Assembly: GCF_014192285.1 (NCBI RefSeq) | Contig: NZ_JACHXQ010000010.1 | Coordinates: 106,098-130,097 of the forward strand | Source of the DNA: Halomonas fontilapidosi | Lineage (GTDB): Bacteria; Pseudomonadota; Gammaproteobacteria; Pseudomonadales; Halomonadaceae | Length of the DNA stretch: 24,000 bases | Reading direction: 5' to 3' | Shown: positions 1-9,208 of the stretch, one piece after another | How positions within the stretch are numbered: the first letter of the stretch is position 1 | How the letters are laid out: each line of letters opens with the position of its first letter | The notes under the pieces: model-generated | What the model was told of the DNA's origin: nothing | Databases searched by the model: none | Seen by the model: only the letters and a program-made list of their open reading frames with translations | Made by a program: the position numbers and the translations under genes

Positions 1-294
1 CCAGCACAGCGGGATGCCGCCACGGATGGCCCCCGGCAGGGCCTGAGGGGTGGGGGTGACCCACAGCCAGCCGTCGGACAGCATGTCGTTGGCTGCCGGG
101 TCTCCGGCCGGGGCAGCGCCCGCGGCTGACGCGGCTTCGGGCGCCGGAAGATAGTGCAGGACTTGCGCCCCCTGCAGCGATACCGCCAGCTGCCCCCAGG
201 CCTCATTGGCCAGCCATACCTCGCGGCCGGCCCACTCGGCACGGCGCTGGCCACGAGTCTCCTCGACCAGCCGGGCAAGCGATTCGGGAATCAT
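1..294 (-). CDS. Glucose-6-phosphate 1-epimerase / D-hexose-6-phosphate mutarotase (aldose 1-epimerase family, YeaD-like). The 5' part lies in the window and the CDS runs off the left edge.
   Basis: Not in the ORF track because there is no stop in the window. My reverse-complement translation from the ATG at 294..292 reads MIPESLARLVEETRGQRRAEWAGREVWLANEAWGQLAVSLQGAQVLHYLP...DGWLWVTPTPQALPGAIRGGIPLCW with no stop codon. The terminal AIRGGIP(I/L)CW(PWFG) is the hallmark motif of this family. An AGAGGAG Shine-Dalgarno sits 5 nt upstream of the ATG. The gene lies directly downstream of edd-glk. Confidence 0.6.
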   Translation of the reverse strand, partial: MIPESLARLVEETRGQRRAEWAGREVWLANEAWGQLAVSLQGAQVLHYLPAPEAASAAGAAPAGDPAANDMLSDGWLWVTPTPQALPGAIRGGIPLCW

Positions 295-306
295 TCGATC
301 TCCTCT

Positions 307-350
307 GTCGATGTACTCGACCTCTTGCGTCGATTTACTCGACCTCTTCA
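307..350. repeat. 22-bp tandem direct duplication spanning the glk stop codon
   Basis: Copy 1 is gtcgatgtactcgacctcttgc (307..328). Copy 2 is gtcgatttactcgacctcttca (329..350). They are identical at 19 of 22 positions. Copy 2 carries tta, the TAA stop of glk on the minus strand, where copy 1 has gta. Confidence 0.85.
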
Positions 351-1303
351 TTGTGCAGGGCCTCGGCGGCGCCCAGCAGGCCCGTCCAGGGCGCGGTGAC
401 TACCTGCACCGGGATGGCCCCGGTGTAGGCGCTCATGCGGCCCTTGGCGGTGAAGGCCTCGAGAAAGCGGCTCTCGGGGAGCCACTCGAGCAGCCTCGGG
501 AGGATGCCGCCGCACAGTGCGACACCGCCGCGGGCCCCCAGGGTCAGCGCGGCATCCCCGCAGACGTCGCCGAGGATCTTCAGGAACCGCAGCAGGGTAT
601 CACGCGCCACGGGGTCGCCGCCCGCCGCCGCCTGGGTGACCTCGGCAGGGCTGGCATGGCGTGGCGGAGCGCCCTTCAGCGAGCAGTGGGCCAGGTAGAG
701 GTCGAGCAGCCCCTGGCCACAGAGGATGCGCTCCACCGAGACACGGCCGTAGCGGTTGCGGAAGTGCCGCAGCAGGTTCTGCTCGCGCTCGTCGGTGGGT
801 GCGAAGGTCACGTGGCCGCCTTCGGTGGCCAGCGGGATCCAGGCGTGTCGGCCGGGAAACAGCCCGGCCACGCCCAGCCCGGTGCCCGGGCCGATCACCA
901 GCCGGGCGGCGTGGGGGACCGCCTCGCCGCGCTGCACGTGCACCAGGTCGTCGTCGGCCACGTGGGGCACACCCAGCGCCTGGGCGGTGAAGTCGTTGAT
1001 GACCTTGAAGAGGTCGAGCCCCAGTGTCTGCTGGACCGCCTCTCGGGAGAAGGTCCAGTGGTTGTTGGTCATGGTCACCCGGTCACCGCGGATCGGGCAG
1101 GCGAAGGCCAGGCAGGCCTCGCGGGGCGCGTGCTCGTCCACCGCCCCGACCCGGGCCAGGTAGTCGCGCACCGCCTCGACCAGGCCCGGGTAGTCGGCAC
1201 AGGGCAGGCTCTGGATGTTGCGGGGCGCAAAGGTATCCGGCGTCACCAGGGCGAAGCGGGCGTTGGTGCCCCCGATGTCACCGATCAGGGCAGGGCGCGT
1301 CAT
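335..1303 (-). CDS. glk: Glucokinase
   Basis: The ORF is 322 aa. Its N-terminus, [20 protein letters not shown], matches the Glk ATP-binding motif (GDxGGTNxRxAL). Its ATG directly abuts the edd stop (TGAATG on the minus strand at 1306..1301), the usual edd-glk arrangement. Confidence 0.9.
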   Translation of the reverse strand: MTRPALIGDIGGTNARFALVTPDTFAPRNIQSLPCADYPGLVEAVRDYLARVGAVDEHAPREACLAFACPIRGDRVTMTNNHWTFSREAVQQTLGLDLFKVINDFTAQALGVPHVADDDLVHVQRGEAVPHAARLVIGPGTGLGVAGLFPGRHAWIPLATEGGHVTFAPTDEREQNLLRHFRNRYGRVSVERILCGQGLLDLYLAHCSLKGAPPRHASPAEVTQAAAGGDPVARDTLLRFLKILGDVCGDAALTLGARGGVALCGGILPRLLEWLPESRFLEAFTAKGRMSAYTGAIPVQVVTAPWTGLLGAAEALHNEEVE

Positions 1304-3190
<1,887 letters not shown>

Positions 3191-3282
3191 GGCTCACCTC
3201 GAAATCGAGTGTCGGTTGTCTTGTAAACTTACCAATAAAATGTCCGGTTATCCGGCCATGCTACCCGTTATTCGGCAATTTT

Positions 3283-3297
3283 TGTAGTTTTATTACC
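3283..3297. promoter_or_regulatory. Possible HexR-type operator in the edd promoter region
   Basis: TGTAGTTTTATTACC matches the gammaproteobacterial HexR palindrome as I recall it (TGTAAT-www-ATTACA) at 11 of 15 positions. It lies in the AT-rich 132-bp gap upstream of edd. This is a by-eye match only. Confidence 0.25.
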
Positions 3298-3322
3298 GCC
3301 AATATGTTGCCGAAAGACCGGC

Positions 3323-4717
3323 TCAGAGACCCAGCAGGCGCAGCCACCAGCGACGCCAGGGCGGGTCGAGCAGCCCCGCGGCGTTATGACGTGCCTGCAG
3401 GAAGACGCTGCGCTGGTGAGTGAAGCGCAGGAAACCGGCCTCGCCGTGATAGGCCCCCATGCCGCTCTCGCCGATGCCGCCGAAGGGCAGGGCAGGCACC
3501 GTGTAGTGCCAGAGGGTGTCATTGAAGACCACACCCCCGGAGCGGGTCTGCTCCAGCAGTCGCCAGCGGCGGCCCGGGTCATCGGTAAAGGCGTAGAGCG
3601 CCAGCGGGCTCGGGCCGTCGGCGACCTTGGCCAGGGCAGCATCGAAGTCGCGCACGCCGATCACCGGCAGCCAGGGGCCGAAGACCTCCTCCTGCATGAT
3701 CGCCAGGTTGGCGGTGGGGTCGATCACCAGCGTAGGCGGCAGCTTGGCACCGTGGCCGAGTTCCAGGCGCTCGCCGAGCTCGATCACCCGGCAGCCATGG
3801 TCGCGCGCCTCGTCGAGCAGTCGCTCGAGGCGGCTGCGGGTGGCGTCGCCGGGCACCGCCGAGTAGTCATCGCTGGCCGTGCCGTGGGGATAGAAGTCCT
3901 TTACCACCCCGCGGATCGCCTCGATGAAGGCCGGCAGGCGTGCCGCATCGATCAGCACGTGGTCCGGCGCGATGCAGGTCCGGCCGGCATTGAGCCACTT
4001 GCCGAAGGCGATGCGCCGGGCGGCATGCGTCAGGTCGGCATCATCGGCGACGATGGCCGGGGCCTTGCCGCCGAGCTCCAGGGTGACGGGCGTGAGGTTG
4101 GCGGCCGCGGCCTGGGCCACCTTGCGGCCCACCCGGGGGCTGCCGGTGAACAGCAGGTGGTCGAAGGACAGGGCGGCGAAGGCTCTGCCGATGTCGGCAT
4201 CCCCGGTGACCACCTGCAGTTCCTCGGGCGCGAAATAGCGTTCGACCAGTTCAGCCAGCAGGGCGCTGGTGGTGGGGGTCTGTTCGCTGGGTTTGATCAT
4301 CACCCGGTTGCCGGCGGCCAGCGCATCCAGCGCCGGCATCAACGCCAGGCTCCAGGGGTAGTTGGCCGGGGCGATGATGCCCACGACCCCCAGCGGCTGG
4401 CGGTAGAGGCGCGCGCGGCCCGGCTTCAGCCGCCAGGGCACGGCGGCACGGCGGGGCGTCATCCAGCGCTTGAGGTGGCGGCGGGTGTGGCGGATGGCCA
4501 GCAGCAGCGGCACGACCTCCGCCAGACGTGTCTCGGCCTCGGCGCGGTGGCCGACGTCCTGGTGGATCGCCTGGGCGATCTCCTCGCGGTGATGGCGAGT
4601 CATGCGCGCCAGGCGGGCAAGGCGGTCGCGACGGATCGCCGCCGAGGGGAGAGGCTCGGCAGCGAAGGCCTGGCGCTGCCGGTCAAGGCGCGCCTGCAGG
4701 GCGCGGGCATCGGTCAT
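3323..4717 (-). CDS. NAD(P)-dependent aldehyde dehydrogenase, ALDH3 / coniferyl-aldehyde dehydrogenase-like
   Basis: ALDH motifs are present: ELGGKAP, the catalytic-Cys region GRTCIAPDHVLI, and EEVFGP. I place the start at Met18 of the track ORF (ATG at 4717..4715) because a GGAGA Shine-Dalgarno lies 5 nt upstream and MTDARALQARLDRQRQAF is a typical N-terminus for this subfamily. Confidence 0.85.
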   Translation of the reverse strand: MTDARALQARLDRQRQAFAAEPLPSAAIRRDRLARLARMTRHHREEIAQAIHQDVGHRAEAETRLAEVVPLLLAIRHTRRHLKRWMTPRRAAVPWRLKPGRARLYRQPLGVVGIIAPANYPWSLALMPALDALAAGNRVMIKPSEQTPTTSALLAELVERYFAPEELQVVTGDADIGRAFAALSFDHLLFTGSPRVGRKVAQAAAANLTPVTLELGGKAPAIVADDADLTHAARRIAFGKWLNAGRTCIAPDHVLIDAARLPAFIEAIRGVVKDFYPHGTASDDYSAVPGDATRSRLERLLDEARDHGCRVIELGERLELGHGAKLPPTLVIDPTANLAIMQEEVFGPWLPVIGVRDFDAALAKVADGPSPLALYAFTDDPGRRWRLLEQTRSGGVVFNDTLWHYTVPALPFGGIGESGMGAYHGEAGFLRFTHQRSVFLQARHNAAGLLDPPWRRWWLRLLGL

Positions 4718-4899
4718 GCACGTCTCCGTGTGTCGATGAGGATGGAAGGGGACTCGGGCACTGGGCACAATGTAGGCCTTCTGCCAACGGCTTGTCAGCT
4801 ATCGGAGCCGTCGCATAGGTGGCAGGGTTCGGGGCTGAGCCGTCGGCAGGCTGCCCCGGCGCCTCTCGCCTTGAATACCGGCATTTCCCAGGAGTCGCC

Positions 4900-6033
4900 A
4901 TGACCTCGCTCGTGCTGCACGAACTGCCCGCCATCGAGGCGGTACCCGCCGCGGCCTGGAATGCCCTGGTCGGCGACGATCATCCCTTTCTGCGCCATGA
5001 GTTCCTGCATGCCCTGGAAGCCAGCGGCGCGGTGAGTCCCGCTACCGGCTGGGTACCGCGCCACCTGACCCTGTGGCAGGACGCGGCGCTGGTCGGCATC
5101 CTGCCGCATTACCACAAGCACCACTCTTTCGGCGAATACGTCTTCGACTGGGGCTGGGCCGATGCCTGGGAGCGCGCGGGAGGTCGCTACTATCCCAAAG
5201 GGCTCTCGGCGATCCCCTTCACCCCGGCACCCGGGCCGCGGCTGGCCCTGGCCCCACATATCGATCCGCTGGCGGCGCGCCGAGTGCTGGCCGAGGCCTG
5301 GGAGGCCAGTGCGCTGTCGAGCTGGCACCTGCTGTTCGCCGAACCGGCCGAGGTCGATGCCTGGCAGGCGGCCTGTCCGTTGCTGCTGGCCCGCCACGGC
5401 GTGCAGTTTCAGTGGCACGACGCCGGCTTTGGCGACTTCGAGGGTTTTCTGGCCGCCCTGACCGCGAAGCGGCGCAAGGCAATTCGCCGCGAGCGGCGCC
5501 TGGTGGCCGAGCAGAGGCTGACCCTGCATCGCCTGGAGGGCGAGGCCATCGACGCCGCGGCGATGGCGCACTTCTTCCGCTGCTACGAGATCACCTACCT
5601 CGAGCGCGGCCGCCATGGCTACCTTGGCCTCGACTTCTTCGAGCGCCTGCGCCGAACCCTGCCCGAGTCACTGCTGCTGATCCAGGCCCGTCGCGACGGC
5701 GTTCCGGTGGCCGCCGCGCTCTGTCTGCAGGGGGCACGCACCCTCTATGGGCGTTACTGGGGCAGCGAGGTACTGGCCGACTGCCTGCACTTCGAGGCCT
5801 GCTACTACCAAGGCATCGAGCACTGCCTGGCGCGCGGCCTGACGCTCTTCGATCCCGGGACCCAGGGCGAACACAAGCTCGCGCGGGGGTTCGCGCCACG
5901 CCGGCTCACCTCGCTGCACCATATCGCCGACCCGCGGCTTCGCGATGCCGTGGCGCGCTTCTGTGCCGAGGAGCGTACCCACGTCGAAGCCTACTGTCGG
6001 GCAGCCGAGGCGGCGCTGCCCTACCGGAGTTGA
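4900..6033 (+). CDS. Conserved DUF482 / FemAB-like GNAT-fold protein
   Basis: The start is set at the ATG at 4900, which has a CAGGAG Shine-Dalgarno about 6 nt upstream. The N-terminal signature W-NALVGDDHPFLRHEFLHALEASGAV resembles the conserved (N/D)PFL-HEFL-ALE-SG motif of that family as I recall it. The family assignment was not verified by any search. Confidence 0.55.
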   Translation: MTSLVLHELPAIEAVPAAAWNALVGDDHPFLRHEFLHALEASGAVSPATGWVPRHLTLWQDAALVGILPHYHKHHSFGEYVFDWGWADAWERAGGRYYPKGLSAIPFTPAPGPRLALAPHIDPLAARRVLAEAWEASALSSWHLLFAEPAEVDAWQAACPLLLARHGVQFQWHDAGFGDFEGFLAALTAKRRKAIRRERRLVAEQRLTLHRLEGEAIDAAAMAHFFRCYEITYLERGRHGYLGLDFFERLRRTLPESLLLIQARRDGVPVAAALCLQGARTLYGRYWGSEVLADCLHFEACYYQGIEHCLARGLTLFDPGTQGEHKLARGFAPRRLTSLHHIADPRLRDAVARFCAEERTHVEAYCRAAEAALPYRS

Positions 6034-6260
6034 CCGAGTGACGACTGCTACACTCTCCCTGAGGAATGTAATCAGTATGTATCTCATACTTCAGCACCAA
6101 ATCGGTGACTTCGTTCGCTCGATACATTCAAGTCAACGATCAGCGAGTGGCAGTGATCGTCCTGAAAGGTCTCGTTCCCGGCTCCAGGTTACCGTTGTCG
6201 GGGAACTGGTCGTCTGCAGGTTGAATTTATCTCGCTGCCGCAGGGATGAGGTGAGTCGCC

Positions 6261-7640
6261 ATGGAAATGAAGCAACGTTGCTGGCTGGTGGCGGAGGATC
6301 CGGCAGCAGCAGAGCAGTTGGAAGCCAAGATCGACTCGATCGGCTGGAAAGTAAGGCGACTATCTCCGCCTCTTTTCAGCTCTCGCCTGGAGGAGGACAG
6401 AGAGTGCGGGGTCGGACTGGTTCTGCTCGATGGCATGGCGGATGCCCGGCTAGCTCAGCTGGAGGCAATGCTGCTCGAGAGCCACTGCCCCTGGATGGTG
6501 GTCGCGGCAGACGATGCGGTCGAGGACGCCAGCAGGCGACAACTGGTCGCCACGCTGTGTCATGCCGTGGTGGCACCGACCATCGACCTCGCCGAACTTG
6601 ACTGCTTGATGCGACATGCGTTGCCCCTATCACTGCTTCGGAGTGGAGACAGCAGGCCCTGTCACAGGGAGGCTGCCCTATCAGCTGACATGGCAGAATA
6701 TGAAATGGTGGGGACCAGCCCCGTGATGCGGTCCCTTTTCCAGGTCATCCGCAAGGTGGCAGCGGTGGAGGCACCGATCCTGATAGGCGGTGAATCCGGG
6801 ACAGGCAAGGAACTGACCGCCCAGGCGATTCATGAGCGTTCACCGCGGGCGTCATCGTCGTTTCATGCCATCAATTGCGGGGCCTTGCCGGACCACCTGA
6901 TCCAATCTGAGCTCTTCGGGCACGAGAAGGGGGCCTTCACCGGAGCGGTCCATCGCAAGATCGGCCGGATCGAGGCAGCCGACGGTGGCACCCTCTTCCT
7001 TGACGAGATCGGTGATCTGCCGCTGGAACTTCAGGTCAACCTGCTGCGCTTTCTCGAGACACAGAGCATCCAGCGCGTGGGCGGCCTGGAAGAGATCAGA
7101 GTCGATGTGCGCATCATCGCCGCCACCCATGTGGACCTCGAGGCTGCCATCGAGGAGGGGCGATTCCGCGAGGACCTCTACCATCGGTTGAATGTGCTGC
7201 ATGTCAGGGTGCCGGCACTCCGTGAACACCCTGACGATATCGAGGTGATGGCGCGTTACTTCTTCGACCGCTTTTCAGGAGAGAAGAGCGCCCGACTCAA
7301 GGGGTTTTCCCGCGAGGCGCTGGTGGTCATGCGCCAGTATGCCTGGCCCGGGAATATCCGTGAGCTGATCAACCGCATCCGGCGTGCCATGGTCATGTGC
7401 GAGAAACGCCTTATCCAGCCCAGGGATCTGGGCATCGAGCGTCGCAAGATCGTGCGCCATTCGATGACGCTCGATCAGGCCAGGGAGAGGGCAGAGCGAG
7501 AGGCATTGGTTGCCGCGCTGGAACGCAACGAGAGTAGGGTCCGTCCGGCGGCCCGGGAGTTGGGAGTCTCGCATGTCACCATCTATCGGCTGATGGAGAA
7601 GCACGATATTTCCCATCCGGGAGTAGAAGCCGAGGGCTGA
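6261..7640 (+). CDS. Sigma-54-dependent transcriptional activator (NtrC-family bacterial enhancer-binding protein) with a degenerate N-terminal receiver-like domain
   Basis: AAA+ motifs are present: Walker A GESGTGKE, the sigma-54 contact loop GAFTGA (6930..6947), Walker B LFLDEIG, RIIAAT and [12 protein letters not shown]-terminal Fis-type helix-turn-helix is present ([19 protein letters not shown]). A GAGGTGAG Shine-Dalgarno lies about 7 nt upstream of the start. Confidence 0.9.
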   Translation: MEMKQRCWLVAEDPAAAEQLEAKIDSIGWKVRRLSPPLFSSRLEEDRECGVGLVLLDGMADARLAQLEAMLLESHCPWMVVAADDAVEDASRRQLVATLCHAVVAPTIDLAELDCLMRHALPLSLLRSGDSRPCHREAALSADMAEYEMVGTSPVMRSLFQVIRKVAAVEAPILIGGESGTGKELTAQAIHERSPRASSSFHAINCGALPDHLIQSELFGHEKGAFTGAVHRKIGRIEAADGGTLFLDEIGDLPLELQVNLLRFLETQSIQRVGGLEEIRVDVRIIAATHVDLEAAIEEGRFREDLYHRLNVLHVRVPALREHPDDIEVMARYFFDRFSGEKSARLKGFSREALVVMRQYAWPGNIRELINRIRRAMVMCEKRLIQPRDLGIERRKIVRHSMTLDQARERAEREALVAALERNESRVRPAARELGVSHVTIYRLMEKHDISHPGVEAEG

Positions 7641-7691
7641 TCGGCTGATCGTATTATCTTTCCACCCTCCTGTACTGAGGATCTGCATGTT

Positions 7692-7720
7692 GCCTGATGG
7701 GCCTTCCATCAGGCTTTTTT
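7692..7720 (+). terminator. Rho-independent terminator of the activator gene
   Basis: There is a perfect 9-bp stem, GCCTGATGG (7692..7700) pairing with CCATCAGGC (7706..7714), and a 5-nt loop. It is followed by TTTTTT (7715..7720) and lies 52 nt after the stop codon. Confidence 0.8.
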
Positions 7721-7758
7721 ATGGCTGGTGCCAGGATCCAGTTCTGTGGGAAGAAGGA

Positions 7759-7781
7759 GGCGGTTCATGCATGAAACGGCC
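7759..7781. promoter_or_regulatory. Candidate upstream activator sequence (imperfect palindrome) for the sigma-54 activator
   Basis: GGCGGTTCATG|CATGAAACGGCC has 9 of 11 arm positions complementary around a CATG centre. The centre is about 166 bp upstream of the -24 GG, a typical enhancer distance. The functional assignment is inference. Confidence 0.3.
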
Positions 7782-7934
7782 TTCTCGAATTAAGCTAATT
7801 GTCTGATTTTGCAACATTCCTGACCTGAGATCCGTCTCCTGAGCGGGGAGGGAGGGAGGAGGGTTACACCTGCTTAACGGGGCCTGCCGAGGAGCTCTTC
7901 GCATTTAATCCAATAAAAACAGTGACTTAAATTT

Positions 7935-7950
7935 TGGCATGGCGTTTGCT
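7935..7950 (+). promoter_or_regulatory. Sigma-54 (RpoN) -24/-12 promoter of the fap-like operon
   Basis: TGGCATGGCGTTTGCT compared with the consensus TGGCACG-N4-TTGCW has one mismatch (C to T at position 6) and exact GG-to-GC spacing. It ends 46 nt upstream of the first operon ATG (7997). It lies downstream of a terminator and next to a sigma-54 activator gene. Confidence 0.8.
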
Positions 7951-7996
7951 CCCATCAGGGTAAGAACCGCATACGAGATGTTGAGCAGGTGTCGGC

Positions 7997-8431
7997 ATGA
8001 AGGTTAAGACTCAGATACAGCGACCCATGAGCAATCAGTGGATCACGGCAGCGATGCGCGAGTCTGCCAGCTACGGCCTTTGGCTAGCCGTGATGGTCGG
8101 TCTTCTCGGCGCCATGGTGGCCGTAGATACACGGCAGGATGCCCAGGCAGCAGAGGCGACGCTTGTCGAGGCCTCTTCCCCCGCGCTGAAGCCTGTAGAG
8201 GCATCCGATGCTGTGCGAATGGAGCCTCTCGATGACCCTTCGCTCCAGGCCGTTCGTGGTCGCCATGTCGATGCCGGGCACCTTGAAGGCAAGAGGAGCA
8301 ATTCGGTCATCCTCTGGGACGAGCGCGGGAAGGATACCCCGGCGGCTGGCAGCAAGAGTACCGTCAAGTCTCGCGCCACGGGAATCGGCAACCATCAGGA
8401 AGCCACCGTTACCACCCGCGGGGGGAGATAG
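7997..8431 (+). CDS. fapA: FapA-like small exported protein, first gene of the Fap-type amyloid operon (putative chaperone/modulator)
   Basis: The ORF is 144 aa, with an AGGTG Shine-Dalgarno 5 nt upstream. A hydrophobic segment YGLWLAVMVGLLGAMVAV is followed by AQA|AEA, which could be a signal peptide with a long n-region or a signal anchor. The rest is low-complexity and looks disordered. The assignment rests mainly on position and size within a fapABCDEF-ordered operon. Met11 or Met20 are alternative starts. Confidence 0.55.
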   Translation: MKVKTQIQRPMSNQWITAAMRESASYGLWLAVMVGLLGAMVAVDTRQDAQAAEATLVEASSPALKPVEASDAVRMEPLDDPSLQAVRGRHVDAGHLEGKRSNSVILWDERGKDTPAAGSKSTVKSRATGIGNHQEATVTTRGGR

Positions 8432-8433
8432 TC

Positions 8434-9156
8434 ATGGGCCTCATGAAACTGCTGGACAAAGACGTGAGAAAGGGCTCAGCACCGATGGCGATGCGGTACG
8501 GCAAGAAGGCCGGCAAGTTGGGCAGCCACACTCGAACATCAGGCGTGAGGGTCGCCACCAAACTGATGGCAGTTGCCTCTCTGTTGGCTGCCGGCATGCC
8601 ACTGGCCATGGCACAGCAAGAGTTGACGACGCGCAACAACAGCGCCCTCGACAGCAGCGCCCTCAGCAGGGTCACGGGCATCAGCACCACCAACCTGGCC
8701 GCTGGCGAGGGCAACTTGCAAAGCAACAGTGGTGCCATCTCCATCGGTGATGTCGCCACCACGGCCAACGCCCTACAGCAACGGTCACGCATCGAAGACT
8801 CACTCGTCGACCGGCAGGACAGCGTCAGTATTGAGGGCCGCGCCTATCGACATTCCGAAGGGTGGATGTCGATCAATCAGGCAGCGGGCCTGGGGAATGT
8901 GCAGAGCAACGCCTTCGAGGTGGCTCTGGGCATATCGGCCAGCAACCTGAGTGACAGCAGTCTTCAGCAGGTAATGGCCGATCAGCAGGGGCTGAATGGG
9001 ACCGAAGGTGATGATTCGGGAAAGTCTTCACGGAGGATCGAGGTCGACGAGACCACCTTCGAGGGCACCCGAGGTGTCATCCAGGTTAACCAGTCAGCCG
9101 GCACGGGAAACGCTACTCGCAACAGCTTCCGCATGAACATGTCGCTGGGAGAGTAG
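8434..9156 (+). CDS. fapB: FapB-like amyloid subunit (putative nucleator / minor fibre subunit) with three imperfect repeats
   Basis: A GGGGGAGA Shine-Dalgarno precedes the ATG at 8434, which lies 2 nt after the fapA-like stop. A signal peptide ends ...LLAAGMPLAMA|QQE. Three repeats share the core xG-x4-N-x-(A/S)AGxGNxxxN. Alternative starts at 8485 or 8491 would shorten an unusually long n-region of about 40 aa. The protein has no Cys. Confidence 0.75.
   Translation: MGLMKLLDKDVRKGSAPMAMRYGKKAGKLGSHTRTSGVRVATKLMAVASLLAAGMPLAMAQQELTTRNNSALDSSALSRVTGISTTNLAAGEGNLQSNSGAISIGDVATTANALQQRSRIEDSLVDRQDSVSIEGRAYRHSEGWMSINQAAGLGNVQSNAFEVALGISASNLSDSSLQQVMADQQGLNGTEGDDSGKSSRRIEVDETTFEGTRGVIQVNQSAGTGNATRNSFRMNMSLGE
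8653..8748 (+). repeat. FapB-like repeat R1 (coding)
   Basis: SSALSRVTGISTTNLAAGEGNLQSNSGAISIG. Confidence 0.7.
8836..8931 (+). repeat. FapB-like repeat R2 (coding)
   Basis: GRAYRHSEGWMSINQAAGLGNVQSNAFEVALG. Confidence 0.7.
9046..9144 (+). repeat. FapB-like repeat R3 (coding)
   Basis: DETTFEGTRGVIQVNQSAGTGNATRNSFRMNMS. Confidence 0.7.
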
Positions 9157-9208
9157 CGCAATCGCAACGCAGGAATCCGAACGATTCGGTTCATCCAGGA
9201 GGAAAGCC

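Noticed and set aside
3386-4903. A 505-aa plus-strand ORF.
   Set aside because: It is antisense to the aldehyde dehydrogenase gene. Its composition is Gly/Ala/Arg-rich and featureless, so it is a shadow ORF.
5073-6041. A 322-aa plus-strand ORF overlapping the DUF482 gene in another frame.
   Set aside because: The translation is Arg/Pro/Gly/Ala-rich and looks like nonsense. The alternative frame (4900..6033) has balanced composition and a conserved N-terminal motif.
6034-6070. TTGACC...TACACT just after the DUF482 stop, considered as a sigma-70 promoter for the activator gene.
   Set aside because: The spacer between the two hexamers is only 13 nt, whereas 16-18 nt is required.
7719-7904. A 61-aa minus-strand ORF in the regulatory gap upstream of the fap-like operon.
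   Set aside because: It has no ribosome-binding site and a Pro/Ser/Arg-rich translation, and it overlaps the terminator and the purine tract. It is most likely non-coding.
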